A stretch of DNA of 64,000 nt from Thermoanaerobaculia bacterium (GTDB taxonomy: Bacteria > Acidobacteriota > Thermoanaerobaculia > Multivoradales > UBA5704), in the NCBI GenBank assembly GCA_038248205.1, contig JBBRUC010000003.1, positions 596-64,595 on the forward strand. Direction: 5' to 3'. Shown here in pieces: positions 56,415 through 64,000 of the stretch. A program made the translations under genes and the position numbers. The notes beneath the pieces were generated by a model. That model searched no databases. It saw only the letters and a list, made by a program, of their open reading frames with translations, and was not told where the DNA came from. Each line of letters begins with the position of its first letter. Positions within the stretch are counted from its first letter, which is position 1.

Positions 56415-59390
56415 CTACTTGAACAGCTTTAAGAAGACCACATAGACCACGAAGCCGTCGTCCGGCCCGGCGACCGGAACGCCTAGGTCCATGCTGACGA
56501 TCGTCTTCCACGGGCCGATGAAGGTACCGGCGATTCCGGCTCCGGCGAGCAGCTCGTTGTCGAGCCCGGTGTCTTTATCGGTCGCCCAGGCGGCATCGCC
56601 CAACACGTCGAGGCGGAACAGGTCGCCGAGGGCGAAGCCGTACGAGACGTGCGCGGCCGAAACATCGGTCGCGCGGACCCGATTGCTCTGGTAGCCGTGG
56701 ACCCGGGTCGCGCCGAAGAAGCCGAACTCGTACTTCGAGAAGCGATCGAGATCGCTGCCCGAGAGGTAGTTGACCTGCGCTGAGAAGCGGGTGAATTTCG
56801 GCAGGTTCCAGGTCTTCGCCAGCGACGCCTCCCAGCGTAGGTAGTCCTTCTTGTCGGGGTCGTAGTCCGAGTTGTCGGCAAATCCCCACGGCTCCCACTT
56901 CGAGCGCCGGTGGTAGCTCCCGCCGAGGTCGAGCCGGTAGCCGCTCCGGGCGTAGCGGCCGGACAGCTCGATCCGCTGCGCGATGTTGTTGCTCGGTAGG
57001 CGGAAGGAGGGATCGGCGGTGTCGACCTTGGAGTAGGTCGAGGAGACCAATCCGTACCGCAGGCCCCACTTGAAGAAGTTGCCCACCGGATGCCCCAGGT
57101 TCAGGGTGAAGCTCGCCGGGCGAACCTCCACCTCCTCGGCCGTCACCTCGCGATTGTCGCGGTACAGCTGATCCGAACCCGCGATCGCCAAGCCAAACAC
57201 GTCGGCGCCGAAGTCGAACTTAGTGCCGAACAGACGAGGCTGGGCGATGTTGCCGATCAGCAACAGGCCGCCGAAAAACAGGTTGACCTGTTGGCCGGTC
57301 CCTTTGAAGTCGAGCGAGAAATAGTTGATCCCGGCCAGCGGCAGCGGGTAGTCGAACGAGTCGTCGTAGAACAGCCCGCCGGCCAAGAACAGCTTGTCGC
57401 GGTCGAACCCTTCCTTCACCACCCGCTCGCCTTTCTCGTCCTTGACCAGATAGCGCAGGCCCTTGGCGGTGTCCCGTACGATCGTCGCATCGGAAGCGTT
57501 GGCGGCTTGGCGCGCCTCGCCAAAGCCGTCGGCGTTGACCTTAACTTCCGTCAGCTTGGTTTCGCGTTCGACGATGGTCGCCGTGTTGACCACCGAGAGG
57601 ATCTGCTGCGCGAGGACCTTGAGCGGGAGAATAAAGCTCCCGGGCTCCCAGGGGGCGGGAGCGCCGTCGGCTTCGATCGGGGAATAGAGCAGCGTCTCTT
57701 CGTTCGACAGCACCTCGCCTTCCAGGCCGAGCTGAACGGCGCGTGTCTTCAACCGGGACGACAACTGCTTGTCGATCCACACGGTCCCCTTGTACAGGCG
57801 ACCCTGCGCCGCGATCGCCTCGCCGACCGGTTCGAAATCGACCAGCCAGGCGGCGCGGCCGTCGATCGTGTCGCTGCCGCGTAGGCGGTAACGGTATTTC
57901 TTGTCGAACGTGATCTCGCCCGGCATGGTCGCCGCCTTTTCGGGCTGAATCAGCGGGATCTCGGGGATCTCTTTGCTCCGCCAGCGGACGCCGTTCAGGT
58001 ACAGGCTGGTCCAAACCCAGTCGGGCGGCGTGTCGCGCTCGACGAAGTACGGCCCTTCGAGCGTTACCTCGATCGTCTGGGTGCCCGCCGCGGGGAAGCG
58101 TAGCGAGGTCGTGTTGATCGCCTGGTAGTGATCGATCCGTCGGTTCTGCGCGTCCTCGAAGGCTTGCAGGCGGCGGAGGATCTCTTCCACCGTGATCTCG
58201 CGATCGCCCGAGACGGTGAGCTTTTCGGCGATCCCTTCCCGCTCCGCGGCGGTCGGCCGTTCGAGCGCCAGGATTTCAACCGGCGCGGGCTCGGAGAGCC
58301 GGATCTCCAGGCCGCCGCCCGCCAGTTTGCCGTTCGGCGCCCCGACCTTGCGCGCGAAGTAGCTATAGCGAACCGGCCGGCGCAGCTCGGCGTCGGGAAA
58401 CTGGAGCACCAGCTCCGGGGAGCCCGGGGGAGTGACGGCGATCACCCGCAACCCGAGATCCTTACCGCGCACGAAAGCCCAAGCGTCGGCGCCCGAAGGG
58501 GTGGAGGTCGGGTCGTAGGAGAGATCGCCCGCAAATTCGCGCGCCAGCAGCACGAGCGGAGCCAGGAGCGGGTTCGTGCCCGGCGTTTCGCCATCGGCCG
58601 GTTCGGGAGCCGCGGGGGCCGCGATCAGGGTGAGGGCGAGGCCCCGGGTGAGATTGCGCGCCGCTTCGGAGAGCACCGCGCCCGGTTCGTCCGGCGCGGG
58701 CGCCGCGTCGAGCACCACGGGGCGGCCCGGATCGAGTTCGGCGAGCTTGGCCGTGGCGGCCTCGATCGCCGCGGAATCGGCCGGCGCGAGCGCCACCGCT
58801 TCGAGATAGGCGGCGATCTCCTCGGCGTAGAAAGCGGTCAAGAATGCCGGGTCCGCCGGTAGCGGCCCGGCCGCCACCTTGCCCTCCGGCGCGGCACCGG
58901 TCAAAACGACCGCCGCGCGCTTGAGCAGGAATCCGTATTGGGCCGGGTCGAGCGCCGTCGTTTCGCCGGGCGTTCCACCGTCCGGACGCCAAGACACTTC
59001 AAAATACGCGCCCGCCGGAGCCGCGGCCGCGATCTTCGCCGCCTGGCCGAGTTCCCCCTGCAAGCGGTCGAGATTCTGGGTGAGGGGGGCCGGGGTACGA
59101 AAGACGAGCGACATCCAGGGGGTCGCACCGATGCCGAACAGCTCGGCGGCCGGAGCCGGATCGGCCGTGCCGTCAAGTTCCAGATCCCAGGCGACGAACA
59201 GGGGGCTTCCCGGTTCGAGCGTACCGGCCGAGAGGGTGGCGATGTCGCCTTGGATGGCGGCGAGGTCGGTCCCCGCGGGAACGCGAATTCCACCGCACGG
59301 CTGACAGGGCAGCGAGATCGCTCCGAGCGGGCCGGAAGCGAAAGCGATCAGGGAGAGGAGAGGGAGGGTGAGCGAGAGCGTGCGCTTCAT
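56415..59390 (-). CDS. large outer-membrane protein: Ala/Pro-rich N-region, LolA/RseB-like middle domain, Omp85-type beta-barrel
   Basis: A signal peptide follows Met 59390 (MKRTLSLTLPLLSLIAFASG). The middle reads YRLRGSDTIDGRAAWLVDFEP...GTVWIDKQ. The C-terminus has alternating beta-strand sequence with ATRVHGY...HVSYGF...LGDAAWA and ends LKLFK. Confidence 0.7.
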   Translation of the reverse strand: MKRTLSLTLPLLSLIAFASGPLGAISLPCQPCGGIRVPAGTDLAAIQGDIATLSAGTLEPGSPLFVAWDLELDGTADPAPAAELFGIGATPWMSLVFRTPAPLTQNLDRLQGELGQAAKIAAAAPAGAYFEVSWRPDGGTPGETTALDPAQYGFLLKRAAVVLTGAAPEGKVAAGPLPADPAFLTAFYAEEIAAYLEAVALAPADSAAIEAATAKLAELDPGRPVVLDAAPAPDEPGAVLSEAARNLTRGLALTLIAAPAAPEPADGETPGTNPLLAPLVLLAREFAGDLSYDPTSTPSGADAWAFVRGKDLGLRVIAVTPPGSPELVLQFPDAELRRPVRYSYFARKVGAPNGKLAGGGLEIRLSEPAPVEILALERPTAAEREGIAEKLTVSGDREITVEEILRRLQAFEDAQNRRIDHYQAINTTSLRFPAAGTQTIEVTLEGPYFVERDTPPDWVWTSLYLNGVRWRSKEIPEIPLIQPEKAATMPGEITFDKKYRYRLRGSDTIDGRAAWLVDFEPVGEAIAAQGRLYKGTVWIDKQLSSRLKTRAVQLGLEGEVLSNEETLLYSPIEADGAPAPWEPGSFILPLKVLAQQILSVVNTATIVERETKLTEVKVNADGFGEARQAANASDATIVRDTAKGLRYLVKDEKGERVVKEGFDRDKLFLAGGLFYDDSFDYPLPLAGINYFSLDFKGTGQQVNLFFGGLLLIGNIAQPRLFGTKFDFGADVFGLAIAGSDQLYRDNREVTAEEVEVRPASFTLNLGHPVGNFFKWGLRYGLVSSTYSKVDTADPSFRLPSNNIAQRIELSGRYARSGYRLDLGGSYHRRSKWEPWGFADNSDYDPDKKDYLRWEASLAKTWNLPKFTRFSAQVNYLSGSDLDRFSKYEFGFFGATRVHGYQSNRVRATDVSAAHVSYGFALGDLFRLDVLGDAAWATDKDTGLDNELLAGAGIAGTFIGPWKTIVSMDLGVPVAGPDDGFVVYVVFLKLFK

Positions 59391-59451
59391 GCGATCAAGC
59401 ATATCTAGATTCCCCGACGGCCTTCGACCGAGATAGACTCCGTACATTCCT

Positions 59452-60564
59452 ATGGAATTCTCCGGACGCATCGAAGCATTCCCACCGGGCGATCTTCTCC
59501 AGTGGGCGAAGAACGAGCGCAGCTCCGGCGCCCTCGTCTTCCGGAGGAGCGATCGCGAAAAACGGGTCTATTTCAACCACGGCGAGATCGTCTCCTGTCT
59601 GTCGAACGATCCGGCCGAATATTTCGGCCAGCACCTTCTCTTGAGCGGCGCGATCACCGAGGACCAGCTGTTCTCGGCGCTCACCCACTGTACGCGGAAA
59701 GGGGGGCGCCTCGGCTCCGCCTTGTCCGATCTCGGCATCCTGGAGCCGGAGGCCGTGCAGGCCGCCCTTCATGAGCACATCCACGACCTGATCTGCGATC
59801 TCTTCCTCTGGGAGCACGGGGTTTTCTACTTCGAGGCCGAGCTGCCCCCGGAGGAGGAGATTCTGCCCCACCCGATCGACTCGATGGGCGTCGTGCTCGA
59901 AGGCACCCGCTGGGTGGACGAGCGGGGGCGCATGCGCAAGGTGTTCGTCCACGACAACGTGGTCCTTCGCCGCGGGCGCAATTGGCCGGGCAAGAACCTC
60001 TCCGCGGCGCAGAGGAAGATCTCCGAGGCGGTAGACGGCAAGCGCACCCTGCGCGAGCTGTACCAGGTGGTCCGGGGCTCGTATTTCCGCTTCCTGGAAA
60101 CCGGCTTCGGCCTGTGCGTCAATGAGACGCTCGACATTGAGGACGTCGGCGATCCGGTCGAGTCCGGGACTCTTCAACTGTCGGTTCTGGACCTTCTGCT
60201 CGAACGCGCGGCCGAGGAGCAGTCGCTGATCGCCCGCAGGCACATGGCGATCCCGCTCGACCTGCTGGAGCGCGCGGTGCCGATCTGGGTATTCGAGCCG
60301 GCGGAGGAAGAAAAGAAGCGGATGCCCACGCGGGCAAGAGAGTTCTACGACCGGATCGACGGCGTCACCGCTCTCGCCCAGGCGTTTTCGGGCGATCCGC
60401 GCCTTCGCGGCAAGGAGATGGACCTGTTGCTCCACCAGATGCAAAAAGGGCGCATCGCACTCCTTCCTGCCCCTCTGGCCGAACTCGATCGCGGCGCCGA
60501 CGAGGTCGACATGCCGCAGCCGAAGCGGTGGTGGCGGCGGGTGTTTCCCGGTTCCGCGAGCTGA
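59452..60564 (+). CDS. DUF4388 (PATAN-like) domain protein
   Basis: The N-terminus GRIEAFPPGDLLQWAKNERSSGALVF...VYFNHGEIV matches the DUF4388 pattern as I recall it. Confidence 0.65.
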   Translation: MEFSGRIEAFPPGDLLQWAKNERSSGALVFRRSDREKRVYFNHGEIVSCLSNDPAEYFGQHLLLSGAITEDQLFSALTHCTRKGGRLGSALSDLGILEPEAVQAALHEHIHDLICDLFLWEHGVFYFEAELPPEEEILPHPIDSMGVVLEGTRWVDERGRMRKVFVHDNVVLRRGRNWPGKNLSAAQRKISEAVDGKRTLRELYQVVRGSYFRFLETGFGLCVNETLDIEDVGDPVESGTLQLSVLDLLLERAAEEQSLIARRHMAIPLDLLERAVPIWVFEPAEEEKKRMPTRAREFYDRIDGVTALAQAFSGDPRLRGKEMDLLLHQMQKGRIALLPAPLAELDRGADEVDMPQPKRWWRRVFPGSAS

Positions 60565-60653
60565 TTCGCGCGCACGTTCCCGCCCAGGGCGTGTCTTTCC
60601 CGTCGAGACGAGGGAGAATAGACCCGACACCAAGACGCTTCCGGGAGGACGAA

Positions 60654-61067
60654 ATGTCCGGCATGCTGGTCCAACACCTGATGACAACCGATGTTTTCGC
60701 CCTTTCGCCGGACGACGACCTCGCCGCGGTGCGCGACCTGATGGTCGAGCGGCACATTCGCCACGTACCGGTGCTCGACATCGAAGGCGAACTGGTCGGC
60801 CTGGTCACCCACCGCGACCTGCTCCGCTTCACCCGCGTACCGCCCTCCGGTCCTCCGGCCGCGGAAGGCGATCCCCTGACGCTCGTCTCGATCGAAGAGG
60901 CGATGGTGCGCGAAGTCCGTACCGTAACGCCCGCGACCGACCTCCGCGAAGCGGCGCAGATCATGTACGAGAACAAATTCGGCTGTCTCCCCGTGCTCCA
61001 CGGCCGGCAGCTAGTGGGAATCCTGACCGAGGCCGACTTCGTGCAGCTGATGGCTCGGGGGAATTGA
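60654..61067 (+). CDS. CBS-pair domain protein
   Basis: There are two CBS motifs (MTTDVFALSPDDDL...HVPVLD..GELVGLVTHRDL and MVREVRTVTP...CLPVLHGRQLVGILTEADF). The ATG is at 60654. Confidence 0.85.
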   Translation: MSGMLVQHLMTTDVFALSPDDDLAAVRDLMVERHIRHVPVLDIEGELVGLVTHRDLLRFTRVPPSGPPAAEGDPLTLVSIEEAMVREVRTVTPATDLREAAQIMYENKFGCLPVLHGRQLVGILTEADFVQLMARGN

Positions 61068-61082
61068 GGGGCGGCCGAGACT

Positions 61083-61544
61083 TCAGCCGTAGCTCTGCAG
61101 GTGCTCGTCCAACGACCAGATCCGAACCGGCCGGCCCGGGTTCAGTTGGCGCTGGCGCTCCCACTCCTGGACGATGCTCAAATCTCCGAAGCCGCTGCCG
61201 CGCCCGCGGGAGTCGGTTCGCTTAACCCAGTCGGGGAACTGTTCCAACCAGGCGAGCACCTGTTCGGATTCGAAGAACGGAGTGGGCCGGAAGGGTGCTT
61301 CTCCCTGAATCGCCTGGCGGACGAGCTGCACGAATCGCTGGGCCGCCTGCCTTCGTTGGGTGCCCTTGCCGTTCTGCCCGATCAGGTTGCCGGTCTCGAA
61401 GATCGAGGTCATCGGCAGGAGGAGCGTGTCCCGACGTTCGATCTTCCTCTTGATCTCGTCGCTGATCTCCCGGTGCCGATCCGAGCAATTCGGCACCTGG
61501 AGCAGCTCGCAGAGGATGCTCGTATCGAGCAGCCAGATGTTCAC
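61083..61544 (-). CDS. PIN-domain nuclease-like protein, partner of the upstream ABC ATPase
   Basis: 153 aa with a GTG start overlapping the ATPase stop (GTGA). Acidic residues sit at PIN-like positions: D7 (IWLLDTSIL), E50 (SIFETGN), D121 (GFGDLSIV) and D146 (WSLDEHL). Confidence 0.65.
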   Translation of the reverse strand: MNIWLLDTSILCELLQVPNCSDRHREISDEIKRKIERRDTLLLPMTSIFETGNLIGQNGKGTQRRQAAQRFVQLVRQAIQGEAPFRPTPFFESEQVLAWLEQFPDWVKRTDSRGRGSGFGDLSIVQEWERQRQLNPGRPVRIWSLDEHLQSYG

Positions 61545-62842
61545 GAGGCGATGCGAGCCAGGTTGTCGACCCAGGCAAGGTCGCGCCGGATGCTGGCCTC
61601 GTCGTCGGCCGGCATCCTTAAGTAGCGGTCGAGAATCCCTTTGGTGACCAAGCGTCCGATGGTGCCTTGGGCGATCAGTTCCGGATAGCGCGACAGATCT
61701 TGCAATCGAACCAGGCGGCTCTCACCGCTCTTGGGATCGCGGTAGCAGGCGGTGGCATCCGGGATGGCATCGACCGGGATCGCGTCGAGCAGTGCGGGGT
61801 TGTGCGTGGTCAGCAGTACACGGAGCTTTCTTTTCGCCGCGACGTTGCGGATGTTCCGGAGCAATTGTTCGGCCCGGCTCGGGTGGACACCATTGTCGAT
61901 CTCTTCGACCACTACGGTTGTGCCCTCGGCGACCGAGAGAAGCGCGGCAGCCACCGCGAGAACGCGAAGCGTACCGTCCGAAAGGAGCGCCGCTTCGCGC
62001 GCTTGGGTTATTCCGCCGAAAGTCTCGTGCAACTGAACCATCACCTCGTTGCGCTCGGTTTCGAGGAACGTGATGTCGGTGATGTCTTGCTCCGGAAGGG
62101 AGCGAATGAAGTCGAGCAGGCGGCCCTTCGAGGTCCGATCCTGGCAAAGGCGGTAGAGTACCGCCGAGAGCGCCGCACCATCGCCCGAGAGATGCTGTTC
62201 CTCTTTGAAGCTGTAGCTTCGCATGCGCCGTGGCGAAGGGTCGAGGAAGAGAATGTCAGCCAGATTGGCTCGAACAACGGCTGCGGCAAACGGTATCGCC
62301 CGCTGGGCCTGGGGATGCGCAAAACGGGTGGGAGTGGTCAGCTGGGTAAAGACAGGCTGTTGATCGATGCCCAGGATGCGAGGTTTCTTGCCACCCCGAG
62401 CGAAGTTGTTATAAGCGATCGAGATTTCGTTGCCTCCCGGGCGTGCCGGCTCGGCGATCTCGTAGAGAGGGACACTCGAATCTGAGGCCCGATCGTGGAG
62501 TGCCTCCGCACTTACTCGCATCCCCGAACGATTGATCGCCAGCTCAAGATCCAGGTTCAGCGGAGGCCCATTTCCACCGAAGGTGCAGGAAAAAGCGATT
62601 CGTCCACCGGCGTGTTGCAAATCTGAGAGCCCTCCGCGGATGTTCAACTCCTGCTCGCGGATTGCATAGAGAAGATCGGCCAGGCGCCGTCCGGATGCCG
62701 CCCAAGAGAGCAGCTGCATCGCTTCGAGATAGTTGCTCTTGCCCGAGGCGTTCGCGCCGATCAGAACCGTAAGGGGCGCGAGATGAAGCGTCGCCGCCTT
62801 GCCAAAGCTCTTGAAGTTGCGGACGCCAAACGATTTGAGCAT
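61541..62842 (-). CDS. ABC/SMC-type ATPase (AAA_15/AAA_21-like)
   Basis: The N-terminus is MLKSFGVRNFKSFG. Walker A is GANASGKSN and the ABC signature is LSDGTLRVL. Walker B/D-loop is VVVEEIDNGVHP and the H-loop is LLTTHNP. Confidence 0.85.
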   Translation of the reverse strand: MLKSFGVRNFKSFGKAATLHLAPLTVLIGANASGKSNYLEAMQLLSWAASGRRLADLLYAIREQELNIRGGLSDLQHAGGRIAFSCTFGGNGPPLNLDLELAINRSGMRVSAEALHDRASDSSVPLYEIAEPARPGGNEISIAYNNFARGGKKPRILGIDQQPVFTQLTTPTRFAHPQAQRAIPFAAAVVRANLADILFLDPSPRRMRSYSFKEEQHLSGDGAALSAVLYRLCQDRTSKGRLLDFIRSLPEQDITDITFLETERNEVMVQLHETFGGITQAREAALLSDGTLRVLAVAAALLSVAEGTTVVVEEIDNGVHPSRAEQLLRNIRNVAAKRKLRVLLTTHNPALLDAIPVDAIPDATACYRDPKSGESRLVRLQDLSRYPELIAQGTIGRLVTKGILDRYLRMPADDEASIRRDLAWVDNLARIAS

Positions 62843-62935
62843 GGCGTTTAGCTTACCAGGCTCAGTTCAGCTTGTAGCGCTCGGTGGGTTCGGCCGAGGA
62901 GTCGAATAGCACCAGGCTCCAGAGGAGGGGGTCGC

Positions 62936-63997
62936 TCACGGCTTCGCCGGCCGCTTTTGCGGTAGGGATTTCTGGATCTTTTCGGCTTCGGTGGCGATCG
63001 CTCCGAGTAGTTTGTCGGTCCGTCGTTTCCAGTCCGCCGCGCTCATCCGTTCGACCGGGGCGCTCACCTCGACTGACCCGGGCTGGTTCGGTTCTCCCGC
63101 GACCTTGATTCGCAGATCGCCCCAGAGGATCGTCCAGCCGCGACCGCTCTCAAAGGTCGGTTCGAGCTTCTCGCCCGCCGCGCGCATCGCGAGGACCACC
63201 GCCTGGACCAGCCGGCCGTCTTCCGAATAGGGGAGCGGGTAGGTGCGGCGCACCGAATAGGCGCCTGGGGGTAGCTGGTAGGAGTCGGTCGCGAGCAGAT
63301 CGAGATAGGCCTTGTTTTCGTCCAGCGTTGAGAAGTTGGGGTCGTTCCTCGCCCGCACCCGGATGCGTTCGTCCAGCTCGACCGCGCGGCGCAGCGTCTC
63401 GACCGCCAAGGCGGCGTAGCCGGCGAGGGCATAGTTGCTCGCCACCAGGTAGTGCGCCTCGGCCGAGCTCGGTTGCGCTTCGAGGTAGCGGCGGAAGCGC
63501 TCGCTCGCGCCTTTGAGGTCGCTTTTGAGCAGTAGTACCGCTCCGACATTGATGTCGTTGTCGGGGGCGTTCGGGTCGAGCTTCTCCCCCTCTCCGAACG
63601 CTTCGAGAGCCCGGTCGTAGTGCTTCTCCGCCAGATCGAGCGCGCCGCGGTTGAGCCACGCCTGGCGCTGCCTGGGATCGATCGCGAGGGAGCGCTCCAA
63701 GTCTTTCTTACCCCCAGGGAGGTCGCCGGTCTGAAAGCGCGCGGTGCTGCGCAAAAGGAGCGCCAGGGCGTCCGACGGGTTTGAGGCGAGGACCTGATCG
63801 AGCAGCGGCAGCGCCTGGCCGGCCCGACCCGCATCGATCAGCTCGCGGGCGCGCGCGAGTTTCGGGTTGACCGCCTTTACGGGTTTGACCGTCTGGGGGG
63901 CCTTTTGCGCCACGGCCGGCGTAGGGATCGCGACGACGGAGGCCGCTGCGAGGGCAAGGTGAAGTGCGAGCGCGGGGAGCGACGGCTGAAGCTTCAA
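62936..63997 (-). CDS. periplasmic TPR-repeat protein
   Basis: The signal peptide ends ...VAIPTPAVAQ. Several TPR-like units follow (e.g. GQALPLLDQVLASNPSDALALLLRS, YDRALEAFGEGEKLDPNAP). The TTG start lies 3 nt from the window edge, so the true start may lie outside the window. Confidence 0.7.
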   Translation of the reverse strand: MKLQPSLPALALHLALAAASVVAIPTPAVAQKAPQTVKPVKAVNPKLARARELIDAGRAGQALPLLDQVLASNPSDALALLLRSTARFQTGDLPGGKKDLERSLAIDPRQRQAWLNRGALDLAEKHYDRALEAFGEGEKLDPNAPDNDINVGAVLLLKSDLKGASERFRRYLEAQPSSAEAHYLVASNYALAGYAALAVETLRRAVELDERIRVRARNDPNFSTLDENKAYLDLLATDSYQLPPGAYSVRRTYPLPYSEDGRLVQAVVLAMRAAGEKLEPTFESGRGWTILWGDLRIKVAGEPNQPGSVEVSAPVERMSAADWKRRTDKLLGAIATEAEKIQKSLPQKRPAKP

Positions 63998-64000
63998 CGA

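Overview
This is a GC-rich bacterial chromosomal segment. The gene content (futalosine-pathway mqn genes, sigma-54 regulators, large secreted proteins) suggests an Acidobacteriota- or Deltaproteobacteria-like soil organism, but that is only a guess. Most of the window is conserved housekeeping sequence: thrS-infC-rpmI-rplT-pheS-pheT; moaA with a candidate Moco riboswitch; thiS; tRNA-Lys and tRNA-Leu; tig-clpP-clpX-lon-engB-rho-mqnA; a two-component cluster; L,D-transpeptidase and M23 peptidase genes; an NtrC-type activator; an mqnC/E-type radical SAM gene; a TerC gene behind a yybP-ykoY-type Mn riboswitch; and mutL-rnc. Three accessory regions interrupt this. (1) At 18.9-25.0 kb lies a Sec-signal RHS/YD-repeat polymorphic toxin with an unrecognised cysteine-rich C-terminal domain, followed by two paralogous exported immunity-like genes. 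(2) At 42.05-48.9 kb lies a visibly lower-GC island. It opens with about 13 tandem 21-bp repeats that read as a heptad-repeat ORF. It also holds a vapB plus decayed vapC pair and an operon of three secreted proteins. (3) At 61.1-62.8 kb lies a translationally coupled ABC/SMC-type ATPase plus PIN-nuclease gene pair. It has the architecture of ATPase-plus-nuclease anti-phage systems (PARIS, Septu, Gabija/OLD) but a PIN effector that I cannot place in a named family. This pair is my best candidate for an undescribed system. All family calls come from motifs read by eye in the supplied translations. No database search was possible. Many long alternative-frame ORFs in the track are GC-driven artefacts and are not reported.
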